Assembly (NCBI GenBank): GCA_049999805.1
Contig: JBNGIO010002947.1
Location: forward strand, 1-48,438
Source of the DNA: Folioceros fuciformis
Taxonomy: Eukaryota
DNA length: 48,438 nt
Reading direction: 5' to 3'
Shown: in pieces, positions 12,683-23,913 of the stretch
How positions within the stretch are numbered: position 1 is the stretch's first letter
How the letters are laid out: each line of letters begins with the position of its first letter
Program-made: the position numbers and the translations under genes
Notes under the pieces: model-generated
Database searches by the model: none
Told to the model about the DNA's origin: nothing
Seen by the model: the letters and a program-made list of their open reading frames with translations, nothing else

Positions 12683-14704
12683 CTCCCTCTCCTGTGCTCA
12701 ATCCCACCACAATTCACTCTGCTCAATCCCTTTCCCTAACTCATGCCTCCTTTCTCCGGGCGAGCTCTGCGGAAAGAAGGCCGGCCCCGACGGAACAAGA
12801 ACAACACGCTGCTATCCTCCCTTTCTTGCATAGCTCCTCCAACGTTCAACCAGCCAGCAGCAGCAGCAGCAGGGGAGCCTGTTTGAAAAACTCTAACTCT
12901 TGGTTAGATTCTTGTTCTGTTAGACCACCTACCTACCTACCACCTACTGCTGTCTGCTCCTCCCCGGACTCCAAGGCTGCGCGACCTGGAAGCACCAGAG
13001 ATTCCAGCCTCGGAGCTAAACCACCGCGCACCTCCTCCAGCCACTCATCAGGGCTTCGCGCACACGCTCATTCCGCCTAATTCACTCCCGCCGGCGGCCA
13101 TACTAATCCCACAGCCTCCGCTACTCTCCAGCCCACAATTTGGCTTGCAGGAAGCCCAAGTCTGCCCTCTCACAGCTCCAATTGCTCGTGCCCAACACCA
13201 CCCCATCCTCGCCCACGGCACATGAAACCCACGACTCGGAAACCAGCAATTTCCGCTCCCAATTGCAGCCCCGGGCTCAAATTGCAGCCGGCGCGCGACC
13301 CTGGAGCCCGTGTACGCTACACACGGTCGCTGCCCCAGATCTACACCTTCTGCAGCTGCCCCAGACCCGATTCCGACAGCCCAAACCTGCCCACCGGCAG
13401 AAACGCCACAGTCAGCAATCCAGCGCTCAAAGAGCACGACAGGCTCCTGACACCCGGCCAGAGCCAGCAGGCCCGAGGCGGAGAAGGAGACGAAGGCAAA
13501 GACACGATCGCCCGCCTATGCCCTCCAAGAGAAGCAAGGAAGCAGGGAAGGGGATGCAGACGTCGTCTCAACGGGAGCTGAAAGTGCAACAGCAGCAATC
13601 CAAGGAAGAATACTTCTACGGATGCCAACTCCTCAGTCATGACCCACCATTCAGCCAAGCTAATACTTCGAGCTTCAGTGTCACATTTCCAGCTTAACAC
13701 AAGCTGCTCGACCGGTTGCCATCCGCTAAAAGCACTAAGCGCGTGTCTGTCTGCCTAGCGCCTCTCACGTCGTCCTGGGTGGTTATTAGTACCACCTACG
13801 CAACTCTACGGAGGAGGAAGAGCAGGAGGAGGATGAGGAAGAATTTACGCTCTTTTCCTGGGTGCTTGATACTGGGTTAAAAGGGATGGGAACTGTTTAA
13901 CTACCAACCTCCTTCTCCTTCCTCTCCTCCATCTCTATTCCCTGAATTGCAAGAGCAATGACACTCTGCGCATGCAGTTTGGCAGTCAGGGTGTTAGCAC
14001 GGCTTGCTACATTGCCTTGAGCGACATACCGCCCCACAGGGAATCACTCATGTGGGTGCCGAAACGAGGATCAGCTTGAGTAATCAGGCAACACTGCAGC
14101 GAGCGAGTGTAGATAGATATCAGGTCACTTCACGTCTCTTCTTGTCCAAGTACAGTTCACAGCATCATGTTCAAGATGCTGAGCCGGGTAACACAGGCAA
14201 TCAGGCAAAGAGGATCTACCCTGCATTCACAGACACACACAGAAGCCACGAGTACAGAGGAGACCAGAGTCAGGTGGGTTGCTGGCACGGAATCAGAATC
14301 ACAGGCAGCCAAGCAACCACGATCTTCCCTGCACTCACACACAAACAGGGATACTAAGGCAAATATGTAGAGATGTTACTACGCTGGACACTGCAGTCTT
14401 CTGCTTCATGCAAACTTGACGGCACATAGCCAATCGAGGTGCTCCCATCTTCCGAAAATATCGTGCCTCGTGACGTAGCCAGAGATTTGTGTCAGATCCA
14501 CGTCGTCGTGCTGTTGGAGACTCTCGCACCTTCGAAACTGTTTTGCTACGAAACGCATCCCCTGCTATCTGAGCTCCCTCCTTTCACTCTTGATGAGACG
14601 AGTTTCGTTCCTTAGTTAGTGTGACTCGGTTCATAGTCGGGAGAACTCGTCACCTAATGTTCTTCCTCAAACCGCCAGTGCCCATTCAGGAACACATCCA
14701 TCGA

Positions 14705-14870
14705 CGGGTTTAGTTGATGCGCGTCTCTCACGAGAGCTCCCCCTTCTTGATGAAGGAAGTATGACCTTCTTGACCCGACCTTCGTGCCGCTGTAGCAGTC
14801 ATCGCTCATGCGTAGATTCCTGGTCACAAAGCGAGGTTGCCCGATTTGCCGTGTGGAGCAGCCCATCTGT
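14705..14870 (-). pseudogene. Degenerate DYW-domain fragment
   Basis: GLLHT (frameshift) GQPRFVTRNLRMSDDCYSGTKV...LVRDAHQL aligns with GLLNTPSGTPLVVTKNLRMCSDCHSSTEI...VVRDGYRV of the adjacent PPR gene. Confidence 0.6.
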
Positions 14871-15090
14871 CAAACACAAGGCATCCCTCATCTCTTGCCT
14901 ACAGGACATACGACGAAGAGACAGACGTCATTACCTCTCAGGCCCATGAAGTCACTTAGGAGGGCGGGAGGGCCCGTAGCAGCCTCGATCCCACCCACTG
15001 ATGGCCTAATTTCAGGCCTGCACCCGAACGCAGTTTTCTCTACTCTCTTGAGGACTGGACTGGACCGGACTGGCAGGTTCTCCATTTTCC

Positions 15091-18075
15091 TCATGGGCGG
15101 CCCTTACAACTGCAACAACCAGCCGAGAACCGATGCACACGGTACCCATCCCTCACAACAATGTCTCTCCGTTCAAGCCTTGACATGATCTCCGTGGAAC
15201 TGTGGCAGTCACTGCACATGCGTAGGTTCTTCGTTACCACCAACGGTGTCCCGCTCGGAGTGTTCAAGAGGCCAAAAGCCAGAGCTAGCTTCTCGGCGTG
15301 CCCACAAAGGGCATCTTCCTTTTCCTTCTCACACAGCGGCTTCAACACCAATTTTGTGTGAGGTTCGTGCCCGCCTTCCTCCTTCAGACGTGCATTCGTG
15401 CTCACCACCTTGAGCGCGATATCTTCTCTCCTTTCTCCCACCAGGAATCTATGTACCTGCTTCTTCACCTCAACGGTCGCCACTGCATGTTTCTTGTTAG
15501 CTCCTGCTACCAGTCTCCGTGTTTCGATCCTGTCTACATCCGTCCACCGACCTGCATCTGCATACGCATTGGCCATGAGCACATAGGCTGGAGACTCCTG
15601 GGGGTCCAGCCTAACGATGTTCTCAAAACACCATGTCGCCCTCTTCAAGTCCCCGTGACTTTTGCTGGCACTCAACAAAGACGTCAGTCCCACAACATTA
15701 CTCTGGTCCGAGCATGACAATAGCACCTGCTCTGCCTCGTCCAAATGGCCTGCACGCCCAAGAAGATCAATCATGCAGTTGTAATGATCAAGAGTAGGAC
15801 TAATGCCATGCTGTTCAGCCATGGAATCGAAGTGCTTGCGACCCTCGTGGACCAGTCCCCCATGGCTGCATGCTACCAAAACGCAAGTAAAGGTAGCATC
15901 ATTAGGCTGAACACCGGCAACCAACATCTCCTCGAAACAAGCCAGTGCCTTGTGACCTTCGTCACACGTACCATATCCCGATATCAGGGCGGTCCATGTC
16001 ACCACGTTCTTCGTGCTCATCCCGTCAAAAACCTGGCGTGCATCTTTCAATTCACCACACTTTGCATACATGTCCACAAGGCAAGTGCCCAACACTACGT
16101 CATCCACCAGTCCTCTTTCCACAATCTGTGAGTGCAACTGCCTGCCCTTCTGTACGGCACCAGTGCTCGCACAGGCCTTCAGAAGGCAAGCGAAAGTGAC
16201 ATGATCAGCCAGGATGAGGCCCGCATCCTCCATTTGGCCATACAGAACAAGCCCCTCTTGGCTCAGTCCTTGCTGTGCATATCCGGCAATCAGGGCAGTC
16301 CACGTTACCACATTCTTCGTGGCCAAGCCATCAAAAACATGGCGTGCATCTTCCAGTTCACCACACTTTGCGTACATGTCCACCAGGCAGGTGCCCAACA
16401 CGACGTCATCCAGCCGACCCCCTTTCACAATCTGAGAGTGCAGCTGCCGGCCCTTCTGTATGGCACCAGTTCTCGCACAGGCCTTCAGAAGACAAGCGAA
16501 AGTAACATCGTCACCCAAAATGAGGCCCGCCTCCTCCATTTGTCCGTAAATGACAAGCGCCTCATGGCCGAGTCCTTGCTGTGCATACGCAGCTATCAGG
16601 GTATTCCATGTCACCACATCCTTTATCGCCAAGCTGTCAAACGCCTCGCGTGCATCTTCCAGCTGACCACATTTTGCATACATGTCCACCAGGCAGGTGC
16701 CCACCACTACGTTATCCAGCAGTCTTCTTTCGATGATCAGTGTGTGCAGCTGCCTGCCCTTCTGCAGGGCACCAGTACTTCCACAGGCCCTCAGAAGGCA
16801 GGCAAAAGTAACATGGTTAGCCAAAATCCGGCCCTCCCCCTCCATTCGTCCGTAGACAACAAGTGCCTCATGTCCCAGACCTTGTTGGGAGTACCCAGCA
16901 ATCAGGGCATTCCATGTGACCACATTCTTCGTTGGCATGCCGTCAAAGACATTCTTTGCATCCTTCAGTTCTCCACATTTTGCATACATGTCCACAAGAC
17001 AGGTGCCAACAAACAAGTCGGGAAGAATGCCACTGCGCAACACATCACCATGCACTTCCGTTCCCGAGTCCAAGTCCACTGCAAACGCACAAGCCTGAAG
17101 CACAGCCACAAAGACGTGAGCATCCGCCTTCACTCCCGCCCTGCACATCTCATGGTACAGCTGTATAGCCACCTTAGGTTTCCCATGCTTAGCATACGCA
17201 GAGATGATGGCAGACCACATGAAGGAATTCGGTTTGCGAACCCTGGTGAACACATCCATGGCCTCCTCTAAACTACCCCCACATGCATACATGCGCAAAA
17301 AATGGTTCCCCAAATACGCATTCGACTCGTACCCAAGTTCGACGCTGAGACGATGAACTCGTCGCCCCACAACCAAATCCTTCTTGGCCGTGCACAGCTT
17401 CACCACAACATAAAACAGAGACTGACAAACGCCAGAATCCGTCCGGGCCAGAGCTTCGAGGGCTTCCACAGCCTCACGCAGCCTCCCCTGCTGACACAAC
17501 ATGCTCAAGGTTCCAGCCGTTACAACGCCCATTCGCAATCCTTGGCGCACACCAGGATCAGGCTCACGCACATAACTGGAGCCAGAAGGAGAAGCACCAC
17601 CACCCATCCCCAGATCCAAGGAAACTAACCGCTCATCAACCCAAGGTGGCTTAAACACGTTGTTCAACCACAGCACCTCGTCAGACCCCTTCCGCCGGAA
17701 ATCAGGAGAACGGGAGCTCCTCTTCTCGCGTCTGTTGTCCCACCACACAGTTGGGTCTAGGAAAAACCGTTGCCACAAGAGATCCTGCTCCTGGCCACGA
17801 CCATCGCCGGCCACCCCTTCCCCACCCACACATTTCCTGGGAATCGGAACTGCCGGGCTCCTCACGCTGCTGCACCTGGAGCCCTTGCTTGCAAGGGATT
17901 CACTCCCGGAGACGAGCCGAGCGGGAGCTCCTCGTGCAACCTCTGCACACACACCAGCTTCTTGGGTCCACAAAGGGTCCGGTTGCCACACTCCGGCCAT
18001 CACCACACCCCGCTTTCGGTCTCGGAAGACAAGTCTCACACGACACACAGACTGAGCCTGAATGCCCAGCAACAT
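15091..18075 (-). CDS. Intronless PLS-class PPR protein with E1/E2 and a DYW:KP/GRP-type deaminase-like domain (putative U-to-C editing factor), plus an N-terminal OSB-like PDF motif
   Basis: First in-frame ATG at 18075. Repeated P-L-S triplets, KKHAVATVEV in place of the PG box, GHAEKLA...CSDCH zinc ligands, C-terminus CSCKGRP. N-terminal WWDNRREKRSSRSPDFRRKGSDEVLWL motif. Confidence 0.93.
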   Translation of the reverse strand: MLLGIQAQSVCRVRLVFRDRKRGVVMAGVWQPDPLWTQEAGVCAEVARGAPARLVSGSESLASKGSRCSSVRSPAVPIPRKCVGGEGVAGDGRGQEQDLLWQRFFLDPTVWWDNRREKRSSRSPDFRRKGSDEVLWLNNVFKPPWVDERLVSLDLGMGGGASPSGSSYVREPDPGVRQGLRMGVVTAGTLSMLCQQGRLREAVEALEALARTDSGVCQSLFYVVVKLCTAKKDLVVGRRVHRLSVELGYESNAYLGNHFLRMYACGGSLEEAMDVFTRVRKPNSFMWSAIISAYAKHGKPKVAIQLYHEMCRAGVKADAHVFVAVLQACAFAVDLDSGTEVHGDVLRSGILPDLFVGTCLVDMYAKCGELKDAKNVFDGMPTKNVVTWNALIAGYSQQGLGHEALVVYGRMEGEGRILANHVTFACLLRACGSTGALQKGRQLHTLIIERRLLDNVVVGTCLVDMYAKCGQLEDAREAFDSLAIKDVVTWNTLIAAYAQQGLGHEALVIYGQMEEAGLILGDDVTFACLLKACARTGAIQKGRQLHSQIVKGGRLDDVVLGTCLVDMYAKCGELEDARHVFDGLATKNVVTWTALIAGYAQQGLSQEGLVLYGQMEDAGLILADHVTFACLLKACASTGAVQKGRQLHSQIVERGLVDDVVLGTCLVDMYAKCGELKDARQVFDGMSTKNVVTWTALISGYGTCDEGHKALACFEEMLVAGVQPNDATFTCVLVACSHGGLVHEGRKHFDSMAEQHGISPTLDHYNCMIDLLGRAGHLDEAEQVLLSCSDQSNVVGLTSLLSASKSHGDLKRATWCFENIVRLDPQESPAYVLMANAYADAGRWTDVDRIETRRLVAGANKKHAVATVEVKKQVHRFLVGERREDIALKVVSTNARLKEEGGHEPHTKLVLKPLCEKEKEDALCGHAEKLALAFGLLNTPSGTPLVVTKNLRMCSDCHSSTEIMSRLERRDIVVRDGYRVHRFSAGCCSCKGRP

Positions 18076-18841
18076 ACCGTCGTTTTCTACGCCTCCCGTA
18101 ACGGCGTGAAACAACCTATTCGAACCGACCTCCGTTATGTCAATGTCGATTCACGTTAACTGGTTGCTGAGTACGGTTTGAATCGATTTCGAAATGCGTT
18201 CAATCAAACCATCTAGGGAGTTAATAAGTCATCAAATTTCACATCGGGACCGAAGCGTGACACATAGAGATTAAGTGCATCATGGTATTTTCTATGATTA
18301 TTTTCTATGATTGAAAAAGGGATCGAAAGTCCTATCTACTCCAAAGATTGGAGAAACAAGATTATTAGGGCCAAAGGAAAAAAAAGTACTCGCCCATGCG
18401 AATATTATTTTCAAAAACTACCTACTTATTCGTCCCTGCGAATATCATTTTCAAAAACTACTTGCTGCTTCCAAACTATCATGATGTGGAATAACAAGAG
18501 GCCTACCTACCACCCGTGCCGAAGAAGTCGCTTGACCTGTGTTTGTAGCTATTCTAAAAATTGAATTGGCCAATGCTTGTTGCAAAGCAATGGATACATT
18601 GTCAAAAGAAGGCCACCACAGAGGAAAGAAGGAGAACACCATTCTTATTGCTCTGATAAATCTTGGCGCACTCCTTGATAAACCTTGAAAAGTCCTTGCC
18701 CATAGCTAGTGCATCATGTACTCGAGAATTCATTAGCATCACTTAATCACCAAACTTCAACTCCAACATATTCCAAGACTGGGAGTCCTGAATACAAATC
18801 TCAAAAGCATCCTAGAAGAAAATTTTGAATATGATCATGTA

Positions 18842-19963
18842 TTATCTATCGTGTTTAACGAAAGTAAACCCATCTATTTCTGACCAGTGACAAAATACGT
18901 TTTGTCCAGGCTTTCCTCCTAAGGTAGCAAAGATTTCATTATTAACATTCCACTCACTCGTGTCCGTATGACAAGTAACAATATTAGTTATGTTATAATC
19001 TTGTTTCGAAGTTGATTGTAATATAACAGAATATATTTTTGTTTTAGGCAAATAGTGACACCATTCAAGCCTATAAGGAAACAATGGAGAATGACAAGAT
19101 ATGGATCGAGATTTCACATCACTTTCTAGCTTAACATCCACTACTTCAAGTCGACCCATTCCAATCTGCTTATCACTAATCGCAAATGAGCTGCCACGTA
19201 ATAATTTTATCTTAGGCATCAAGTTATTTTCTTCTACAAATATTTCCTTCAGAAAATCTGCCATGTCTTCCATAGAAGTTATCAATGAAATAATTTCATT
19301 CGACAGCGGTGCCTGACTAAGTTGCAAAATGTGGACGAGTGTCTGCATGACGAATCCCATTGTAGAGGTTGGAGAAATGTGCAACTGGTCCATGATTTGT
19401 GGCAAATTGGTTTGTGTCAAGCCTCCTAAGGCTTTGCTCAAGGGCCTTGGAAGGAAAGACCTTTTGAATCCATGTACTCCATCTGAATACGTGGTGGAAT
19501 GCCATTCAAGCGCTTTAAAGCTACTATCTCTTTTAGGGAAGAGATCAGCTTCTAAAAACCATATGTCGTGTGCTTGTGAAGAGAATGAATTAGGGAAGAC
19601 AAGATTTCTCTTATACTCTATTGACCTTGATAGAAAATCTCCCACAGACAAAAGGTGCACAAAGTCTTGGGATTCTTCGCTTAAATCATCCAGATTATCA
19701 CATAACAACCTCGCTCTGAGGCAAAATGATCTCGCGAGTGATACGTTCTTTGATAACTTCTGCAATTGGATTGACGATAGGAATATCTCTTCATCCAAAA
19801 CAGAGAGAGGTGACATGAAGTTCTGCATCAATTGAAGCAAATTCGTGTTTCCTAGTAAGGTTGTATTCCAGTACGTTGATATAGCAGAGTGTTGAATCTT
19901 AGTATGCAGTTGTAAGGTATTGTCATTTGTGGATGGAGAACTATCTTTAAATCCATGATTTAC
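18842..19963 (-). CDS. Hypothetical protein in an AT-rich island (last exon; upstream exon(s) probable)
   Basis: Open frame of about 373 codons from an AG acceptor at 19964 to the stop at 18842, which is unlikely by chance in AT-rich DNA. A phase-compatible donor AAG|GTGAGT lies near 20375. No family recognised. Confidence 0.5.
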   Translation of the reverse strand, partial: VNHGFKDSSPSTNDNTLQLHTKIQHSAISTYWNTTLLGNTNLLQLMQNFMSPLSVLDEEIFLSSIQLQKLSKNVSLARSFCLRARLLCDNLDDLSEESQDFVHLLSVGDFLSRSIEYKRNLVFPNSFSSQAHDIWFLEADLFPKRDSSFKALEWHSTTYSDGVHGFKRSFLPRPLSKALGGLTQTNLPQIMDQLHISPTSTMGFVMQTLVHILQLSQAPLSNEIISLITSMEDMADFLKEIFVEENNLMPKIKLLRGSSFAISDKQIGMGRLEVVDVKLESDVKSRSISCHSPLFPYRLEWCHYLPKTKIYSVILQSTSKQDYNITNIVTCHTDTSEWNVNNEIFATLGGKPGQNVFCHWSEIDGFTFVKHDR

Positions 19964-21181
19964 CTACAAATAAGAAAGAAAGTTTTAGAGATGATCAAAA
20001 TGCAAAACCACAATAAGATAGCATTCACTCTTCACAAGCAAGAACATGAGATTTAGACATTCTTTTCGGTTACCAAAATGATCGTGAAGATAATTATTAA
20101 AAATAAATTTATGTTGGTAATCATATTTATTTATTTTTGAATTTAATATACTGTTGAAAAATAAATCAAGAATATATAACTCAACATAACCAGCCACGCC
20201 AATTAAACTCGATTATAGTTCACTTGTATGTGAGTTGTGTAATGCAATTGAAGAAGAAGCTTTAACAAAGTTCACGCAAGGTGAGTAACAAGTTTCTTCA
20301 GTTGAGTCAATCAAGTTTGCAAAACTAGTTTGTTATGGTAGAGTTAATGAAAACTATGTGATGTTGTTGACTCACCTTCACAAAGTTTATCCAAATTCTG
20401 TATTTTAGTTGACTTGCTCCAACATGGAAATTCTTATTATTATTCCATGGTTGTGCAAAAAGTTCGAGTGTCCTTCTATTTATTTCAGCATATATGGTTA
20501 ATTCATATGTTTGTTAATATCACTTAAATAATATTTTTAAAAGACTAAACTCACTAATCAGGAACTTCTGACAGACTGGTGAAGTCAATATGATATAGGT
20601 TTGAATAATTAATTAACACTCAGTTAAAATAAGTCGAATCTTGGAGCTCGTACACGTATTGAAGCAGAAGGGATGGGATGAGCGTTCATCTGCCACACTA
20701 CGGACTGTAGGTTGCTTGCTCGAGGGTAAAAGTAAGAGTTAGCAGCTAAACTGCGAAGCTAAATTTGTAGGGTGTTTTCGGCATATTGTGAACCCCGATA
20801 AAACGGAAGATGAATGAACTTTTAATAAAGTTATCCGGAAACGGGTGACGGGATTGGGCACTCTGTTGGGTCGGCCCATGTTGGAAGGGCGTGCTGTGAA
20901 GGAAAATCGTTTGCTGTTGCGTGGTCGGTCACCCTCGCTGGTGGCCATGGCGGGTGTGAGGAGGGCCTCTTCCTTTGCCTTGCTTGCTCTTGGTTGTTGC
21001 ATTTGTGGTGTTGAGGATTCTTGTTGTTGCGAGGCTCTCTCGTGTTTGTTGGTGGAAGGCTGAAATCTGGCTGGCAAGTTTGTTCGAACAATGTGGTTTA
21101 CTTGGATTGTTTGAAGAGCAGTTTCGGAGGCAAGGGTATTTGGAGGTTTGCTCCTTCACAGACACTTCTGTCACAGTCGGG

Positions 21182-21940
21182 ATGGGCCGATTGGAACGTC
21201 TTCTCTTCGGCCACACCCTGCTGCTTCTTGTGGTGCTGGCTGTGGCCGCTGTCCAGGTTCCTTCACCTAAGCGGTGGCCAGAGCAGTTCCACGCTCAACT
21301 ATACCAGAACAAGAGTGGCCAGCTGGCTGTCATCGATCTGTGGTACGACTGGCCTAATGGGAGGAACTTCAACATCATCCAGCACCAGCTGGGGACGCTG
21401 CTCTACGACCTAGAGTGGACCAATGGCACGTCCTTCTACTACGACTTGGAGGCCAAAACTTGTAAGGTCTACTTGTTCCCCGTGGGAATACTGAGGCCCG
21501 ACTGGCTGGTTGACGACAGCAACTACCTGGGTGTGAGGGAGCTGGATGGGTTCAAGTGTAACGTGTGGGAGAAGGCCGACTTCATCACCTACTGTGAAGA
21601 TGTTGAAACCAAGAGGCCGGTCCACTGGCTGTTCTCCTCTGGTAAGCCAGACTCGTGAGACTGTCAGGGGTGGCACTCGTGGATGGGCGGGCCTTTACCT
21701 TGTCTGGACTGTCCATGTAACGTTCTGTTGGGTGCAGGCATGGCAGTGCACGTGATCACCTTCGAAGAAGGCAAGACCTTGCCGGACGTGAAATGGCAAG
21801 CCCCTCCATACTGCTTCGTCGGCACCGGTGGCAAACGGGGAAGCAAGGGGTCTGTGCTGGGGTATTCTGTCATCGACAAGCTTTGGACACAGTCGGACTT
21901 GCATCCCTGGAGGAGGGCAATCACTGTCCAATCCAGTTGA
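21182..21940 (+). CDS. Secreted At4g14100-like uncharacterized protein (2 exons)
   Basis: Exons 21182-21641 and 21738-21940. Signal peptide, then WPEQFHA...[33 protein letters not shown]...[11 protein letters not shown]...[10 protein letters not shown]...WQAPPYCF. Confidence 0.85.
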
Positions 21941-22312
21941 ATTTGAGAAAGCTGCTAGCAAAGAACAGAAAAGAAAAGTTCGGTAGTCCGATTGTAGGTC
22001 ATTTTTTGCCAAGTCTAGCTGCATCTCTGCTGCAGTGACATAGGGTGCCCTCGCTTCCAAGTTTCTGCCGGGTGGAAGAACCCTGAACCTTCAATTTACC
22101 ATGCCAGTCATAACTCCCACCTTCTCCATCTTTCACACAACAGCATCTACTACTTTGGCGGGCACTCACTCCGCAGCTACCAACCCTGAACCTAGCGGCA
22201 TCCGATGACGTAACTGTAGGCACCTAGATGTTTCTGCATCATTCTGAGACATTTATCCTTGCCCTACTGCTTGCAGTGAGGTTGGATGGAGAGGGTCGTC
22301 CACCCTTATAGA

Positions 22313-22435
22313 TGGTGATCCTGCCATCAGTCCTTGAAGCCGGTGATCCTGCCATCACTACTCAGAGATAGTGAGCCTTCCATCAACCCAGAGACAGTGA
22401 TCCTGCAATCAAGCAATAATCCTGTCATCAACCCA
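22313..22435. repeat. Degenerate short direct repeats (GTGATCCTGCCATCA-like)
   Basis: About 5 imperfect copies at 20-30 bp spacing. Confidence 0.5.
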
Positions 22436-23430
22436 TGCAGATGAAATCACTCTCCTTTAGTTGCCGACCCTAGAGCTAAAAGTAGTCCAGTCATTCTGCT
22501 TCTGACCATCGAACCACTATTCTTCTCCAACTGAGTTGTTCGTCTTATAATAACAACAGAGTTCCAACAGCTTGAACACACATCTTTACACATCGATGAA
22601 TCCCCGTGTACGGGGTGGGGTGAGCGTTGAGCGAACAAAGGCGTTCAATAATGGAGGAGCAATTTTTCTAGAGAGAAGAAGAATTTTTCAATGATAGATG
22701 AGGAGGCTGGTCGGTGTCTGTCCTGGACTCCTCGGCTGCCCAGGAATGAAAACTGGATCTCGCATTAGCCCACAGATCGGCTGTAGCCCACCGAATGTCG
22801 AATTCGATTAGTGAGTAAATGCCCCGCTGGAGGCAAGTTATGACCCTCGGTTGGTTTGTCCTGTGCTGACGCGATGTGGCAGCTTAATTCACGGTGGCCT
22901 CTCTGTTGGCAAAATCGATCATGAGAGACTCGTGTATCGTGCTTGCTGGGCAGCGTCCCAGGGGAAGGACGGCTATATATATTGTGGCCCAATTCCACTA
23001 CAGGTAGCGGGAGCAGGAGCGGGAGCTGAATTTTGGAACCGCCTCCACTACGTCCCGTCACATTGTCTGATCTCGCACGGCTCTGTTGAGCATCAGCATC
23101 CCCGGACTCTTGAGGTCTGCACTACTTGACCGCGCCTCCCTTTTTTCTTCCTTTTTGTCCTCACCCAGTCTGTTGCATGAACCACTACTCTCTCCCACGG
23201 ACTCCTCGGGTTGGGCCCGAGTAGAGCACGTTCTGTTGCCTCCATCGCGTCGTTACAAACGCTTGCGTGCTGCTGGCTGCTGCGGCCTCTAAGATATACA
23301 TCGTGGTTCCCGCTAGCCGTGCTCCAGGTCATTACGGGTGCTCGTTCATCTAGACCTGCGTAACATTCCTCGTTCCGCTACTGCAGGGCGGGAGATTTCA
23401 GTTCGAGTGCGACTTCACCATCGTGTCAAG

Positions 23431-23913
23431 ATGGAAAACAAGTCTGTCGTCTGGTTCTTGCTTCTGGTGGCGTTCCGACTGAGCGTGGTGGTTACTGCAG
23501 CCAGCGATCCCCAAGCAGAGGCCGCAGATACTGCTCTCCCTGTCTCTGGCACACTGCACAGAGAAGAGCTTGAAACTGCGCCCTCAGTAAGGTCTCTCCG
23601 TGGCTTCGGGGTTTTCGGTCCTCGTCACTTTGGCAAGGGCGGCCACAGATTCCAGTCTTGTACCAGGAACCTGAGCGTCTGCTCGCTCGAGAACTCCGGT
23701 GGGTCGACTTGCTGTTCTGGCGTCTGCTGTGACATCGGCTCCAGCGTTTACCACTGCGGCAAGTGCGGGCGCAGCTGCGGTTTCCGCAGGTCCTGCTGCA
23801 ATGGTGAGTGCACAGACACGCTGAACGATCCCAACAACTGTGGCTCCTGTGGTCAGGAATGCTTCTCCTCCGAGTATTGCTTCCGCGGCTTGTGCAACTA
23901 CAACGGCGTGTAG
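23431..23913 (+). CDS. STIG1-family cysteine-rich secreted protein
   Basis: Signal peptide MENKSVVWFLLLVAF..., then CC..VCCD....HCGKCGRSCGFRRSCCNGECTDTLNDPNNCGSCGQEC....CFRGLCNY (Stig1 Cys pattern). Intronless. Confidence 0.88.
   Translation: MENKSVVWFLLLVAFRLSVVVTAASDPQAEAADTALPVSGTLHREELETAPSVRSLRGFGVFGPRHFGKGGHRFQSCTRNLSVCSLENSGGSTCCSGVCCDIGSSVYHCGKCGRSCGFRRSCCNGECTDTLNDPNNCGSCGQECFSSEYCFRGLCNYNGV

Noticed and set aside
12694-13700. Several GC-rich ORFs upstream of the U-box gene
   Set aside because: No consistent exon chain or homology could be built. Probably 5' UTR, uORF or promoter sequence.
16132-17271. Long antisense ORFs opposite real genes (also 38952-39941, 42127-43290, 46236-47456)
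   Set aside because: Shadow ORFs caused by codon bias and repeats on the coding strand; no protein-like features of their own.
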